A stretch of DNA of 63,666 nt, counting the filler. It is 7 parts of 7 records of this genome, joined end to end, with 100 filler letters (N's around TTAATTAATTAA, not from the genome) between each part and the next. Parts side by side here need not be neighbours in the genome. Positions count along the whole stretch, not along the records: positions 46,571 to 58,310 come from SRR2962707_2898; 6 more parts are not named here. One strand, given 5' to 3'. Below, in pieces: positions 46,471 to 57,957 of this stretch; the stretch's first letter is position 1, and the number at the start of each line of letters is the position of its first letter. A model generated the notes under the pieces. The model had not been told where the DNA came from and did no database searches. It saw nothing but the letters and a program-made list of their open reading frames with translations. The translations under genes were made by a program, and so were the position numbers.

Positions 46471-46570
46471 NNNNNNNNNNNNNNNNNNNNNNNNNNNNNN
46501 NNNNNNNNNNNNNNTTAATTAATTAANNNNNNNNNNNNNNNNNNNNNNNNNNNNNNNNNNNNNNNNNNNN
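46471..46570. other. Artificial contig linker
   Basis: N44-TTAATTAATTAA-N44, preceded by a poly-T run. Confidence 0.99.
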
Positions 46571-48325
46571 CCAGTAAATAGGGCTGCGCTCTAAATACCA
46601 TTGCCATTTATCCCATGGGTAAGAGCGGGCATGTACGAGGTTCATTTCATTGGAAATATCAGTCGTACCAAACTTTGAAAGTTGATTAGTTACGCCTACA
46701 AACATAACACTCGCTGCAAAGTGTTCAGTTAGTTTTGTTGCACCCCAGGCTGAGGCATAGCCGCCGTATGAACCACCGGTGATGCCAACACGTTTTGCAT
46801 CAACTAAGCCTATTTCAACAAGATGATCTTTAAAATCAACTAGATCATCAAACTCTTTACCAGCGTAATCGTTTTGGCCTAGTTTAGAGTAATCCACACC
46901 TTTACCGGTAGAGCCGCGATAGTTAGGGTAAAAGACTGCATAGCCGCGTGCGGCACCCATTTGCCCAGGACGAGAATAGTTAGTTACCCAGCCATCTTTA
47001 TCATGGCTTTCAGGACCGCCGTGCACAGACATAATTAATGGATAACGTGTGCCTTCGCTGTAATCAAGCGGGTAAACCAGTACCCCATCAATCTCTACAC
47101 CGTCACGGGCTTTAAGTGAAATAGTTTGTTGCTTCGCAAAACGTTTGTCATTCAACCATGAGTTTGAATCGGTTAAACGCTGTGCTTTAGAACCACGAAC
47201 AATGAAGACTTCATTTGGGTGCTTAGCTGTATTGCCGCGCAGTGCTATGGTTTTATCTGAATCTGAAATGCTCAGGTTTGAAGCAATAAATTCACCTTCT
47301 TTAATTAGCTTCTTGTATTTGTTTGAACCAGTTTTAATACTCGCTACAAAGCTTTGCGTACCGACATTGGCAATAAAGTTTAATGTATTACGTTTATTAG
47401 ACCATTCAAAATCAACAATATGACCCATAAAATCGGGTAACCAGTCGGTTACTTCACCGGTTTTAGTATCCGCTAGAAATAAGCGTCCAGTCGCAGGATC
47501 GTGCTTATCTTCTGCACCTAAAATTGCGATATAACGGCCATCATGAGATAACTCAGCGCCATCAAGTTTACCTTCGGTGGCAAATGACATGGTTACTTGG
47601 TTGCTGGCAATATCAAATAAATGCCATTGTGATTTAGTGTATTTATCGTCAATCAGTGCCGTAGGCTGAGTTTTAACTAATAATTTGTCGCCTTGTGCTG
47701 CCCAGTTAACGTCGCTGACGTAATTGGCAACATTTAGGGCTTGCGGAGTTAATGGCTTGTCAGCTTTGGCTAAATCAACAATAAACAGTTGTTTATTCTT
47801 TAAGCCTAGCTCGTATACTTCTGCCATAAAGCCGAGTTTTTTCAGTTCTTTTTCAGACTTATCAGCCGCTGGCATAGCTAAAATAGCAAGTTGCTTGTTA
47901 TTAGGGCTTAATTGATAGCTTGAAATAGATGTGTCTTTTAGCGATAGCACTTTTTGCGCTTGACCACCATCAACCGGAATTTGGTATAAAGCAGTAAACT
48001 TGTCGTCTTTTAGCTTAGCTAAAAAATAAATGGTTTTACTGTCGTTTGACCATTGAATACTCTTGATACTTACAGAGCCGGTAATGAAAGGCCGCTCAAC
48101 ACCTTCATCATCAACAACATAAAGCTCGCTGTAATTCGTGCCATTTTCATCTACGTATAATTCACGTGGTACAGAGCGGGTAAATGCCACAGTCTCGCCA
48201 TCAGGGCTGATACTGGTTTGTAGCACAGATTGAATTTTTGGAATATCTTCAACGGTTAACGATGTGGCAGCAACCGCCAATGAGCTTGAAAGCCCAATGG
48301 CCAGTGCTAAGCTAGTTTTTAGCAT
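46571..48325 (-). CDS. S9 family (prolyl oligopeptidase/acylaminoacyl) peptidase, secreted, 3'-truncated
   Basis: Beta-propeller, then VHGGPE, PNYRGSTG, and the GGSYGG nucleophile. Confidence 0.93.
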
Positions 48326-48430
48326 GATTTTTCCTTCGCTTGTTTTATTCACTTGTTTTAATTATCGAAGGATTATAACAGCACGTACCTTAAATGTTAA
48401 AATATGCGGCTAATACGCAAGCGTTAACGA

Positions 48431-51055
48431 TTAATGACTGTAACGTACGCCAAAATAGAAGCGTCGACCATTTTGGTAAATACCTGTTGGCGCATATTCA
48501 TTGCGCTCATACAGGTAAGTGATTTCATCGGTGAGATTGATTGCTTCAATTACAAAGTCAAGCTTGTCAGATAGTTTGAAGGTAATGCTGCCGTCAAGTT
48601 GTCCAAAGTCATCCATCATGGTCTCTCCTACACCGGTGGCAAAATGAGTACGATAGTTGTAGGCCAAACGCGAACTTAACCAGTCATTTTCATAGTAACT
48701 GGTTAAATTTATTGTGTGTTTTGAAGTGCCAGGTACATAGTTATCACGCCCTGAAATGCTATCAGTGCGATCGCCATCGACAAAGGTATAGTTAGTGATC
48801 AAACCAAAACCATATATAAGCTCTTGTTGATAGCCAATTTCTACCCCTCTGATAGTACCGCCGCTGCCATTGATTGGCCTGTCAATGGTCATATCAATGC
48901 CTTCGTGTCGCTCAATAGTGCGTTTAAATTCGACAAAGGATTCAACGTCTTTGTTAAACAATGCCACAGAGAGCAGCGCGGCATCATCAAAGTACCATTC
49001 AACGCTTAGATCAAATTGATTAGCGCGATAAGGGTCTAAGTCTGGGTTGCCACCTTGGCCTTGCGCTTGGGTGACATTGTAATTAGTTGATGGCATTAAA
49101 TGATTGTACTGCGGACGAGACATAACCCGCGCGGCACTGACTCGGGCAATTAAGTCCTCACTTAAATCAATGCTGATATTGGCACTTGGCAATATATCGA
49201 CATAGTTTTTGTTATGCTGCTGCCAGACAAAGCTTTGTTGTTGCTCAACCGGTGAGCCAATACGTTTATAAGCACCGGCGTCTTGCTCGGTATTAACAAC
49301 GCGTACCCCCAAGTTTGCTCGGTAATCATTGCCATCAAGCATTAATTTAACATAACCTGCAGTTGTGCGTTCTTGAATATCAAAACGGCTGGCTTTTTCT
49401 TCCTGTTGTACAAAGTCGATCGTTTTAAAATCTGTAGATAATGCGTTGATATCGACATAACTGTAATTTTTGAGAGTGTGTTGATCGCCAATTTCGGATA
49501 AAAATCCACTGGGGAAAGTTGCCGGGTAGTCGGCTAAGGTCCAATCAAGTTGTTGGGCTATGCCATCAAATGCGCCGTTAAATGAACGATAACGAATAAA
49601 ATCACGTTGATGATCGCGGTACTTTGCGCCAACTTTTATAGCGCTGATAATAGAATGATCAATTGCGCGTTCAAAATCACCTTGCAAATAGAACTCTTGA
49701 TCGTTTGAATCTTGGCTGTCGTTACGTGCTTCTGTAAGTTGCCAAGCCTGTCCATCAAGCGGGGATACATCATAGTTGGCGATTATATTTTTACGCTCAG
49801 TGGTATCAACCGTATAGGCGGTATTGGCTGAAAATTGTGAGGTGTGATCTTGCTTGGAACCGCCACCGCCTTTGGTCAAACCAATTTGGTATTGGTTTTG
49901 CCAAAGATGTGCTTGCTGACTAACAATTAAATGCACACTGCTGGTACTTATTTCGGATTCTCGCCAAATAGCTTCCATGGCAGTACTAAATGGTAAATTT
50001 TGTGCGTTTTGTTCTGGGACTGTTGAGTAGCGGGCAAAGGCGAGGGTGTTATCAATAATCTTCGCATCGCTGATATGACCGCCACGGGCAAACACACTAC
50101 TGGGCTGCCATAAAAAGTTTTGGTTACTGTTATCAGCGTTAAGTACTGAATACAAAGTATTCAGTTGAATATTCCAATCTAAATTAGGTTGGTATTCAAA
50201 ATTTGCGGTGGCACTGGTTAACACTCGCTGTTGCTGGAATATTGCTGAGCCACCACCACCTGGTGTCCAAACGTTTTTAATATCGCCAGTGTCGCTGTCT
50301 GTCGCTGATAAACTGCCATCGTTGTTTTGTTGAAAGTTTTGTTCATGCCAACCCCATGACTCAAGCCCATCACGACGTAATGAGCGTTGATTACGGGTAA
50401 AGGTAACTAATGCGCCAACGTCTTTGTCTAGGTTAGTCCAGTTATAAAATACGGCCAACTGTGGGTCAAATTCACCTGATAAATCATTGTATTGCACTTT
50501 TGCATTAGTAACAAACTGATTACTTTGCGTATGCAAAGGTCGTTGCGTTTTAATATTAACAGAGCCGCCTAATGAGCCTTCGTTGTGATCTGCTTGCGGG
50601 GTTTTATATACTTCTAAAGAAGATACTAGATCAGCGGGTAGCAATGTGTAATTAAAACCACGATTAGGTTGGGTTGAGATCCACCAATCCGCAGAGGCAA
50701 TTGCTTGCCCATTTAAAAAAGTGCGATTTTGTTCTGGCGTGGTGCCGCGCACACCCACACGTTCCCCTTCCCCTTGGGCACGCGAGAGTGAAATGCCGGT
50801 GATGCGTTGCAGTGCTTCTGCGACATTTTTATCAGGGAATTTACCGATATCTTGCGCGGTGATTGCTTCTATGATTGACTGGCTGTCGCGCTTATCACGT
50901 AGTGATTTGATAGCGCTGTCATGAAAGCCCCTAATTTGAATTGTTTCTAATTGGTTTTGGTCTGTATCCGCGGGTGTTTTAGCTCTTGAGTAAAGCGAAT
51001 TGAATGCGCTGGCAATGAGCATTATGTTAACAAGTTTTTTTATTTTTATTGTCAT
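48431..51055 (-). CDS. TonB-dependent receptor
   Basis: LETIQIRG TonB box, DIGKFPDKNVAEALQRITG, GNPDLDPYRA, NLTDE, GRRFYFGVRYSH. Confidence 0.95.
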   Translation of the reverse strand: MTIKIKKLVNIMLIASAFNSLYSRAKTPADTDQNQLETIQIRGFHDSAIKSLRDKRDSQSIIEAITAQDIGKFPDKNVAEALQRITGISLSRAQGEGERVGVRGTTPEQNRTFLNGQAIASADWWISTQPNRGFNYTLLPADLVSSLEVYKTPQADHNEGSLGGSVNIKTQRPLHTQSNQFVTNAKVQYNDLSGEFDPQLAVFYNWTNLDKDVGALVTFTRNQRSLRRDGLESWGWHEQNFQQNNDGSLSATDSDTGDIKNVWTPGGGGSAIFQQQRVLTSATANFEYQPNLDWNIQLNTLYSVLNADNSNQNFLWQPSSVFARGGHISDAKIIDNTLAFARYSTVPEQNAQNLPFSTAMEAIWRESEISTSSVHLIVSQQAHLWQNQYQIGLTKGGGGSKQDHTSQFSANTAYTVDTTERKNIIANYDVSPLDGQAWQLTEARNDSQDSNDQEFYLQGDFERAIDHSIISAIKVGAKYRDHQRDFIRYRSFNGAFDGIAQQLDWTLADYPATFPSGFLSEIGDQHTLKNYSYVDINALSTDFKTIDFVQQEEKASRFDIQERTTAGYVKLMLDGNDYRANLGVRVVNTEQDAGAYKRIGSPVEQQQSFVWQQHNKNYVDILPSANISIDLSEDLIARVSAARVMSRPQYNHLMPSTNYNVTQAQGQGGNPDLDPYRANQFDLSVEWYFDDAALLSVALFNKDVESFVEFKRTIERHEGIDMTIDRPINGSGGTIRGVEIGYQQELIYGFGLITNYTFVDGDRTDSISGRDNYVPGTSKHTINLTSYYENDWLSSRLAYNYRTHFATGVGETMMDDFGQLDGSITFKLSDKLDFVIEAINLTDEITYLYERNEYAPTGIYQNGRRFYFGVRYSH

Positions 51056-51211
51056 ACTCAACCCAACTAGAACAACATGAGAAAAACTAGCAGTGATAAC
51101 TACCTATAAAATAAGAACACACAAATGGAGTGTGCTACTATGTACCGTATTTGCTTATAGTACGCTTTCTTGACTAATTTAACCATAGATTAACGTGTGT
51201 AAAAACAAACG

Positions 51212-53365
51212 ATGCCAACAACCGAATTAAAACAGTTACTCCTCAACGATGTACTCGTTGACTTTGCTGCCTTAAAAGTAAAGGTAGCAGGGCGTTGGTT
51301 TGCTGTTGAAGCCAAGCAATTGGTGTTATTAAAGTTGTTACTCGAACACCAAGGCAACGCAGTATCACGCGATATAATTATGGATACACTGTGGCCCGAT
51401 GTAGTCGTGAGCGACAATTCAGTCAGTCAACTAGTGACGCAACTGCGTAAAAGCCTCCATGATGATAAAAACACTGCAACGTTTATTCGTACCGTACCGC
51501 GAGTCGGCTATCAGTTAATCGCAAAGGTAAGTGATGCACCGACCTTATTAGACAAAGTGACTCCGGCTACGCCACGTACATCAGCTTTATATATTGCACT
51601 GGGTTTAATGCTCGGGGCCATAACGACACTTGTTAGCCAGTATTTACTTGCACCTACAATTCCTAGTTTGAATTATGAATATCAATCACGGATCACCTCA
51701 GCACCAGGGGCTGAAGTCTTTTTACGTTATTCTCCCAATGGCCGGTATTTAGCATTTAGCCAATCCAACGATCAACAAAGCCAATTTGATTTAGCGGTGT
51801 ATGATCAGCAAAGTAAGACCGTGCACAGTATTAAAAACTCAGGTTATTCAGAAGAGGCACCAGTGTGGTCGCCAGACGGTAAATGGCTAGCTTATTTTAG
51901 GTATGATCCGCTCAGTTGCGACATTCGTGTTATTCCCGTCTCTAATGCCATTGAGACATGGCGCTTGAGCCCTGAATTTAAACTCACTCGCTGTCAGCAG
52001 CGTCATGGTCCAACCAAATTACACTGGGCTGACGACAACACTATTTACACCACACATTGGCAAGATGAACAACCCCGATTAGTAAAATATACGCTGGCGT
52101 TTTCACCTACACCGACTTTAATAGAACAGCAAATCGTGGGCGATTTTAAACCACTCACGTTTGATATTAATGAGCAGCAAAAAATGCTCATACTTGAAAA
52201 AGATCAAGGCTGGTTTAGCGTCAGTGAAGTCGATTTAACGCAATCACTAAAACGCACAGAGATAAAGCGCAGTCGTCACAGCCATGCGCCGTTATTATTT
52301 GACAGTGAACAGGATTATTATTGGCTCGGGGATGATGCACTGCGTCGTTATGACTACCAAGGTAATGAGCAGCTCGTACATCAGCCACTGGGGTTTGTCG
52401 CTGATTTAGTAATTAACCCGCAAACGGGGGATATTGCTCATGCTGAGGGTCAAGCACGGGTTAATTTGTACCAAATTGAATTAGATTTAGGTGAAGATGC
52501 CCCTAAAATTCGTAATACGATGCAACTATCGTCGTCTGCACGCATGGACATTTTACCCGCAGTATCGCCTGACGGACAACAAAGCGCATTTATTTCATTG
52601 CAGCGTAGAGGGATCACAGGCTTCACTCATATCGAAGTATGGCTTAAACATAAGCAGCGTAAAACCGCGAACTTAATTGCCACGTTACCGAGCGACATTA
52701 CGCCAAAATACCTGCTTTTTTCACCCAATGGCGACAATGTATTATTGGCGGATGAGCAACAAAATGTGTATTTGATCAATACCTTTTCACGTCGTTTAGT
52801 ACCAATCATATCTGGTTTCGAGCAGCTCAATGGCGTACATTGGTCAGCAGATAGTCACAGTATTTTCTATCAAGCTAGCAATCAGCAAAGTGACGATGAG
52901 CAGTTACAATGGCAAGATTGGCGCTACGATATTCAACTGACGAGCAATACGTTAGTTAAAGATAATGTAGCATTTGAGACGCTAGATGAAGAGCACCCAC
53001 TTTGGCAGCTTAATAGCTCGTATTTAGAGCATGATTTACACGTACGAACCTATTTATCGGCAGCGCTGGAGCAACAGTTTCCACTGGCGCAGTTATTACC
53101 TTCTCTTGAGCTGTTCAAACCCGCGGTATTTAAACAGGGTATTTATTATGTACTGCGCCAAGGTCATCAGTTATTGTTGTATTGTTATTTAACGGATCAA
53201 AAGCGTAATGTGTTCATAAAAGAGCTGGGGGTGTACGGCTATGATATTGATATTAATCTAAATATAAGTAGTTCAGTGGATGGTCGTCAGGTGGTGTTTA
53301 GTCAGGTGGATGGCATTGAAACTGATATTTTATTACACAAAGTGATTAAGGCAGGGTCGCCATAA
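51212..53365 (+). CDS. CadC/ToxR-like winged-helix transmembrane regulator with a periplasmic TolB/WD40-like propeller
   Basis: VSRDIIMDTLWPDVVVSDNSVSQLVTQLRKSL...IRTVPRVGYQL; one TM; YSPNG/WSPDG/VSPDG repeats. Confidence 0.88.
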   Translation: MPTTELKQLLLNDVLVDFAALKVKVAGRWFAVEAKQLVLLKLLLEHQGNAVSRDIIMDTLWPDVVVSDNSVSQLVTQLRKSLHDDKNTATFIRTVPRVGYQLIAKVSDAPTLLDKVTPATPRTSALYIALGLMLGAITTLVSQYLLAPTIPSLNYEYQSRITSAPGAEVFLRYSPNGRYLAFSQSNDQQSQFDLAVYDQQSKTVHSIKNSGYSEEAPVWSPDGKWLAYFRYDPLSCDIRVIPVSNAIETWRLSPEFKLTRCQQRHGPTKLHWADDNTIYTTHWQDEQPRLVKYTLAFSPTPTLIEQQIVGDFKPLTFDINEQQKMLILEKDQGWFSVSEVDLTQSLKRTEIKRSRHSHAPLLFDSEQDYYWLGDDALRRYDYQGNEQLVHQPLGFVADLVINPQTGDIAHAEGQARVNLYQIELDLGEDAPKIRNTMQLSSSARMDILPAVSPDGQQSAFISLQRRGITGFTHIEVWLKHKQRKTANLIATLPSDITPKYLLFSPNGDNVLLADEQQNVYLINTFSRRLVPIISGFEQLNGVHWSADSHSIFYQASNQQSDDEQLQWQDWRYDIQLTSNTLVKDNVAFETLDEEHPLWQLNSSYLEHDLHVRTYLSAALEQQFPLAQLLPSLELFKPAVFKQGIYYVLRQGHQLLLYCYLTDQKRNVFIKELGVYGYDIDINLNISSSVDGRQVVFSQVDGIETDILLHKVIKAGSP

Positions 53366-54755
53366 ATTGTTTAATATTGCTTTGATCCCAATTGCGAGTG
53401 CGGGCTTCTTGCAGAGCGTTGCTGGCTAATTTTTTTGCAGCTTGGGGTTTGTTATTAGCCGCTTGAATTTTCGCTTTAAGTAATAATAATTGTGGGTGTT
53501 CACTATCATCTGCTAATGCAGAGTCTAAAGCTTGTGTGATTTGTTGTGGTGGCTTTTTTAGCTCAAAAAGTAATAAGGCCAGTTCCCGTTTAGCATTAAA
53601 TAACCCTTGCGCAGCGGCCGCTTTTAGCCAAGTTAGGGCTTTATTGGGAGCATAATCGACATATTGACTGTTTAATAGCTCTCGTCCCAATCGATACTGC
53701 GCATTGGCAAAACCACTTTGAGCTGCAAGTAAAATCCAATTCAAGCCTTTTTCTCGATCAACCTTACCATATTCACCGCGTAACATATTAGCACCAATAC
53801 GATATTGCGAATTGGCGTAGCCGTTGACGGCTGAGCGAAGTAATAACTCACTATTGGCGTTGGTTTGTTGCCAATGGTATTTTAATAAGCGGGTTGCATT
53901 GTATTCATCTGAACTCAGCCAATTAGCAATATAATACTGCACTAAGGCGTTACCTTGCTCTGCTGCATCAATTAAGTCAGAAATTTTCTCATTGTACTCA
54001 CGTTGCTGACTTTTAAAGCTTTGCTCATATTGTTTCCCTTTATAGGTGGTGAAGTGATACAGCAAAGAACGATTATAGTAAGGCAAGGTTTGGCTATCCC
54101 CTTGATATTGCCAGCGTTTCACTGCATTGATTATAGCTTGATCAAAGGTTTTTTCTGGGTATGAATCTATGAGGGAAATATCGGTTACAGCGCCGCTTTT
54201 ATCAATATCAAACTCAAGCCAAACCCATCCTTCAATGCCATTTTGATAGGCATGTTCAGGGTATTTAGGCTCAACAGTATAGCTTCGCTGTGGACTTGAA
54301 TGTGGGGCAGGGCTGGCGGTTAACTCTGGGCGTAATTGTTGATCATACCATTGAAAACTCAGCTGCTTTAATAGTGCATCATAGGCATCATCAAGGGGCT
54401 GCTTATTATCACTTTGGCTGGCGATGAGCATTGCCGTATCACGGGCATCGAGCAATCCAAAATCAGCGGCTAAACTGAACCAAGCATAGGCTTGTGCTTT
54501 GTTTTTCTCAACGCCTTGGCCATGTAAATACATAACAGCAATGTTATAAATTGCATCTGCATTACCTAAATACGCGAGTTGTTGAAATTCCTGTTGTGCT
54601 TTGTCGAAGTTGCCTTGGTGGTAGTCAAGGGTTGCACTGAGTAAATCTGCTTTAGTTAAAGGCGCAAACAGCAGGCATAGCAATACTAATAAGAATTTGT
54701 AGCGACAAAATCTTGTTGTATGCTTACTGTGATCAATAACTGTGTGTGCTGACAC
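53346..54755 (-). CDS. Sel1-repeat protein with a central TonB C-terminal domain
   Basis: Sel1 repeats (AIYNIAVMYLHGQGV, AQYRLG) flank PKYP...GIEGWVWLEFDIDKSGAV...FDQAIINAVKRWQY; start uncertain. Confidence 0.85.
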   Translation of the reverse strand: MSAHTVIDHSKHTTRFCRYKFLLVLLCLLFAPLTKADLLSATLDYHQGNFDKAQQEFQQLAYLGNADAIYNIAVMYLHGQGVEKNKAQAYAWFSLAADFGLLDARDTAMLIASQSDNKQPLDDAYDALLKQLSFQWYDQQLRPELTASPAPHSSPQRSYTVEPKYPEHAYQNGIEGWVWLEFDIDKSGAVTDISLIDSYPEKTFDQAIINAVKRWQYQGDSQTLPYYNRSLLYHFTTYKGKQYEQSFKSQQREYNEKISDLIDAAEQGNALVQYYIANWLSSDEYNATRLLKYHWQQTNANSELLLRSAVNGYANSQYRIGANMLRGEYGKVDREKGLNWILLAAQSGFANAQYRLGRELLNSQYVDYAPNKALTWLKAAAAQGLFNAKRELALLLFELKKPPQQITQALDSALADDSEHPQLLLLKAKIQAANNKPQAAKKLASNALQEARTRNWDQSNIKQFMATLP

Positions 54756-54884
54756 GTATTATGCTTCGCCAATGTTGTTCGACTATATTATTCGAGTAAC
54801 GTTTTTACCTATTGATTGTACTTGTTTTGTTTATTATTACTAGCGCCTTAACGCGACTTATTTATAGTACTAATATCACAAATG

Positions 54885-54918
54885 AAAAAAAGCAGGCAGT
54901 CAAATGACTGCCTGCTTT
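54885..54918 (-). terminator. Intrinsic terminator of the upstream TonB-dependent receptor
   Basis: AAAGCAGGCAGTCA / TGACTGCCTGCTTT with a T7 tract on the minus strand. Confidence 0.85.
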
Positions 54919-54996
54919 AAACCCCTGGGCATAGGGGCTGCCATCCTTGGCGAGAGTCGAATACCTGTGTTAGCTTGGAGTTCGACAAATGGGTAA

Positions 54997-57555
54997 TTAA
55001 AAGTTAAAGCGCACTCCGGCAACAAAGCGACGACCATCGGCATATACACCCGTTAAGGCTTGTTGCACACCTTCTTCTTGGTAACTAAAAGTGTGTTCGT
55101 CTGTAAGGTTTATTGCCTCTAAAACAAGTGCTAAATTATCGTTTACGTTGTAGGTAAAGTTTGCATCTACTTGACCATAATCATCAACATAACCATGACC
55201 TTGGCCTGAGTTGTAACCTGTACGGAAGTTGTAGGAGATACGTGTGCTAAATGCATCTGTTTCATAGTAAGTGCTTAAATTGACAGTGTGTTCCGAGTTA
55301 CCAGGAATAATCGTATCATTACCATCGGCATCCTTTGCTTCACCATCTACAAAGGTGTAGTTAGCATTAAAACCAAAACCTTCAAGTATCTCTTGCTGAT
55401 AACCTAGCTCTAAACCTTGGATACGACCAGAACGGCCATTTGTAGGGCGGTTTACTAAGATTTCTACACCTTCGTGAATTTCTAGGTTAGGTGTTACATC
55501 TAAGAAAGATTGAATATCTTTATAAAATACAACCGCTGAGAATAAACCTGCATCACTGAAATACCATTCAACCCCAGTATCAAACTGCGTTGCACGGTAT
55601 GGGTCAATATCCGGGTTACCGCCACTGCCTGTTTGTGTTTCAAGGTTATAAGAGGTTGAAGGTGTCATCGATGCATAATCTGGACGTGACATTACACGGG
55701 CTGCACTGAAACGCAGTAGTACATCGTCATCTAAATCAATTGCTAGATTGATACTAGGTAAAATATCAAAATAGTCGCGGTCATCATTGGTCCATACTTC
55801 AGAGCCACTTTCACCGACATAAGCTGCCGTTGATTGCTGAGTTTGTACTAAACGAACCCCTAAATTACCGCGCATACCTTCTACATCGATATCAGCTTTG
55901 ATATAACCGGCGGTGATTTTTTCTTCAACTTCAAAAGTACTGGCCTTGAGTACACGGTAGTTCCAATCAAGGGTATCGCCTTCGCGGCGTACTTTATCTG
56001 AATCGGTGATTGCGTAATCACGTAACGTACCGTCTGAGCCTAGCCCTGATAAGTAATCAGATGGCATTGATAGTGAATAGTCAGCTAAATTCCAGCCTAA
56101 ATCTGTGCGGTTATCTGTGGTGTTTTTGGTGTTAAAACGTGAATGATCACGATACTTTAAACCGAATTTCACTTTGCTAAAGACAGCGATGTCAACTGGG
56201 CGCGTAAAATCAACTTGTAGGTAAGTTTCGTCATCTTTGGCATCATTACTGTCGTAACGTAAAAAGCCTAAATCCCAATTTTTACCATCTGCTGGATCTG
56301 CGCCATAAGTAGTACGTACATCTTCAACAGCAGATGTATCAAAGCTATGTACATAATTGCCTTCCCAGCCAACGCTGCGATCAGCTTGCGAACCACCACT
56401 GCCTTCGGTATAACCAACATGCACACTGGTCAGCCATAACTCACCTTGATAATCGGCTTTTAAATCGTACGATTTGGTTTTGATTTCAGAATTTCGTACC
56501 TTGGTTTCATCTAGAATGTTATTCGCAGTTGGTGATAACCCTAAAGTCCCGCCCACTAGCATAGTACCAACTTGATCGTTCTCTATTAACGTGACGTCAG
56601 TATATTGTGAGCCACCATAACCTGGCAGCCATAGGAAGTTTTGATTTTCATTATTCGCTTCAAGAGTAGAATCAAGGGCGTTGAAGGTTAAATCGAGTTG
56701 CTCGGTAGGGCGGTACTGTACGGCTAAATTGATACCGGTACGAATACGTTCTTGTAAGAACATCGCTGAGCCACCACCGCCTGGACTGTATACATCTTTA
56801 TATTCAGTGCCGTCTTCTAAGGTGATATCACGTTTAGCCCAGCTCCATGACTCTATCCCATCGCGGCGTAGGTTACGCTGTTGGCGAACCAATGAAATAA
56901 GCGCACCGAAGGTTTCATCTTCAGTTTTAAAGTTATACATAGCAGAGAGTTGCGGGTCGGTTTCACCCGAAATTTCACTGTGCTGGGCAAGCACTGAGCC
57001 CGCAAATTTATTTGCTTCTAAATCAAGCGGTTTACGCGTTCTTACGATAACCGTACCACCAATAGAGCCTTCATCAATATCTGCTTCCGGTGACTTGTAT
57101 ACCTCTAACCCGGATACAATTTCAGATGGCAACATTGTATAGTTAAAACCACGGCTTGCCGCAGAGTTCGTCCACCAGTCGGCAGAGCCGACAGCTTGAC
57201 CATTTAATAGTGTACGGTTTTGGCTCTCAGCGGTTCCACGGATACTTACGCGTTCACCTTCACCAAAGTTACGGCTAATTGATACACCGGTGATACGTTG
57301 TAATGATTCTGCGACGTTTTGATCGGGGAATTTACCGATATCCTCAGCAGTTACTGCATCCACAATCGCATTTGAATAGCGCTTAGTGTTCAGTGATTTA
57401 ACAACGCTGCCACGAATACCGCGAACTTGAATCACTTCAACTTCGTCTGTGCTTTTCAGCTCAGCACTGTGCGCTACCATAGGTAAGCTCAATGCCGATG
57501 TAACTAGTGATGCGCTCACTGCTAAATACAGTTTATTTATTTTTACTTTTAACAT
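54997..57555 (-). CDS. TonB-dependent receptor, paralog of 48431-51055
   Basis: VEVIQVRG, DIGKFPDQNVAESLQRITG, SADWW, RRDGIESW, PGGGGSA, terminal F; start set at MLKVK. Confidence 0.95.
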   Translation of the reverse strand: MLKVKINKLYLAVSASLVTSALSLPMVAHSAELKSTDEVEVIQVRGIRGSVVKSLNTKRYSNAIVDAVTAEDIGKFPDQNVAESLQRITGVSISRNFGEGERVSIRGTAESQNRTLLNGQAVGSADWWTNSAASRGFNYTMLPSEIVSGLEVYKSPEADIDEGSIGGTVIVRTRKPLDLEANKFAGSVLAQHSEISGETDPQLSAMYNFKTEDETFGALISLVRQQRNLRRDGIESWSWAKRDITLEDGTEYKDVYSPGGGGSAMFLQERIRTGINLAVQYRPTEQLDLTFNALDSTLEANNENQNFLWLPGYGGSQYTDVTLIENDQVGTMLVGGTLGLSPTANNILDETKVRNSEIKTKSYDLKADYQGELWLTSVHVGYTEGSGGSQADRSVGWEGNYVHSFDTSAVEDVRTTYGADPADGKNWDLGFLRYDSNDAKDDETYLQVDFTRPVDIAVFSKVKFGLKYRDHSRFNTKNTTDNRTDLGWNLADYSLSMPSDYLSGLGSDGTLRDYAITDSDKVRREGDTLDWNYRVLKASTFEVEEKITAGYIKADIDVEGMRGNLGVRLVQTQQSTAAYVGESGSEVWTNDDRDYFDILPSINLAIDLDDDVLLRFSAARVMSRPDYASMTPSTSYNLETQTGSGGNPDIDPYRATQFDTGVEWYFSDAGLFSAVVFYKDIQSFLDVTPNLEIHEGVEILVNRPTNGRSGRIQGLELGYQQEILEGFGFNANYTFVDGEAKDADGNDTIIPGNSEHTVNLSTYYETDAFSTRISYNFRTGYNSGQGHGYVDDYGQVDANFTYNVNDNLALVLEAINLTDEHTFSYQEEGVQQALTGVYADGRRFVAGVRFNF

Positions 57556-57957
57556 CCTCGATTCCCCTTGAATCAAAACTTTATTTTGTTGTGTCAAATG
57601 AGTCCTACCATTCGTACATATAGTCATTTTTAATCGTCGTACTTGGTAAGACCGTTGTCTAAAAACAAACATTGGCGACTAAGTGATTAACTTATTATGG
57701 CCACTTCGCATGCAAAAATAACCGCAGCTGTTTTGTTTGTGGCTCTATTAAACGCCTTTTAAAAAATAGAGTCTTGAATCTGAGTGAATAGTTATGAAAG
57801 TGATTAATTTGAAAGAAAATAATTATTTTTCTATTTAAAATTGTTTAATATCAACTGTTTTATTTTTGTCAGTTCTTGTTTTTTGTTTAATAAGTTAAGT
57901 TTACTTAATGAGTTTTACGTTTTTAATTGTTGTAATTCACAACTAGTGGATTAAAAA

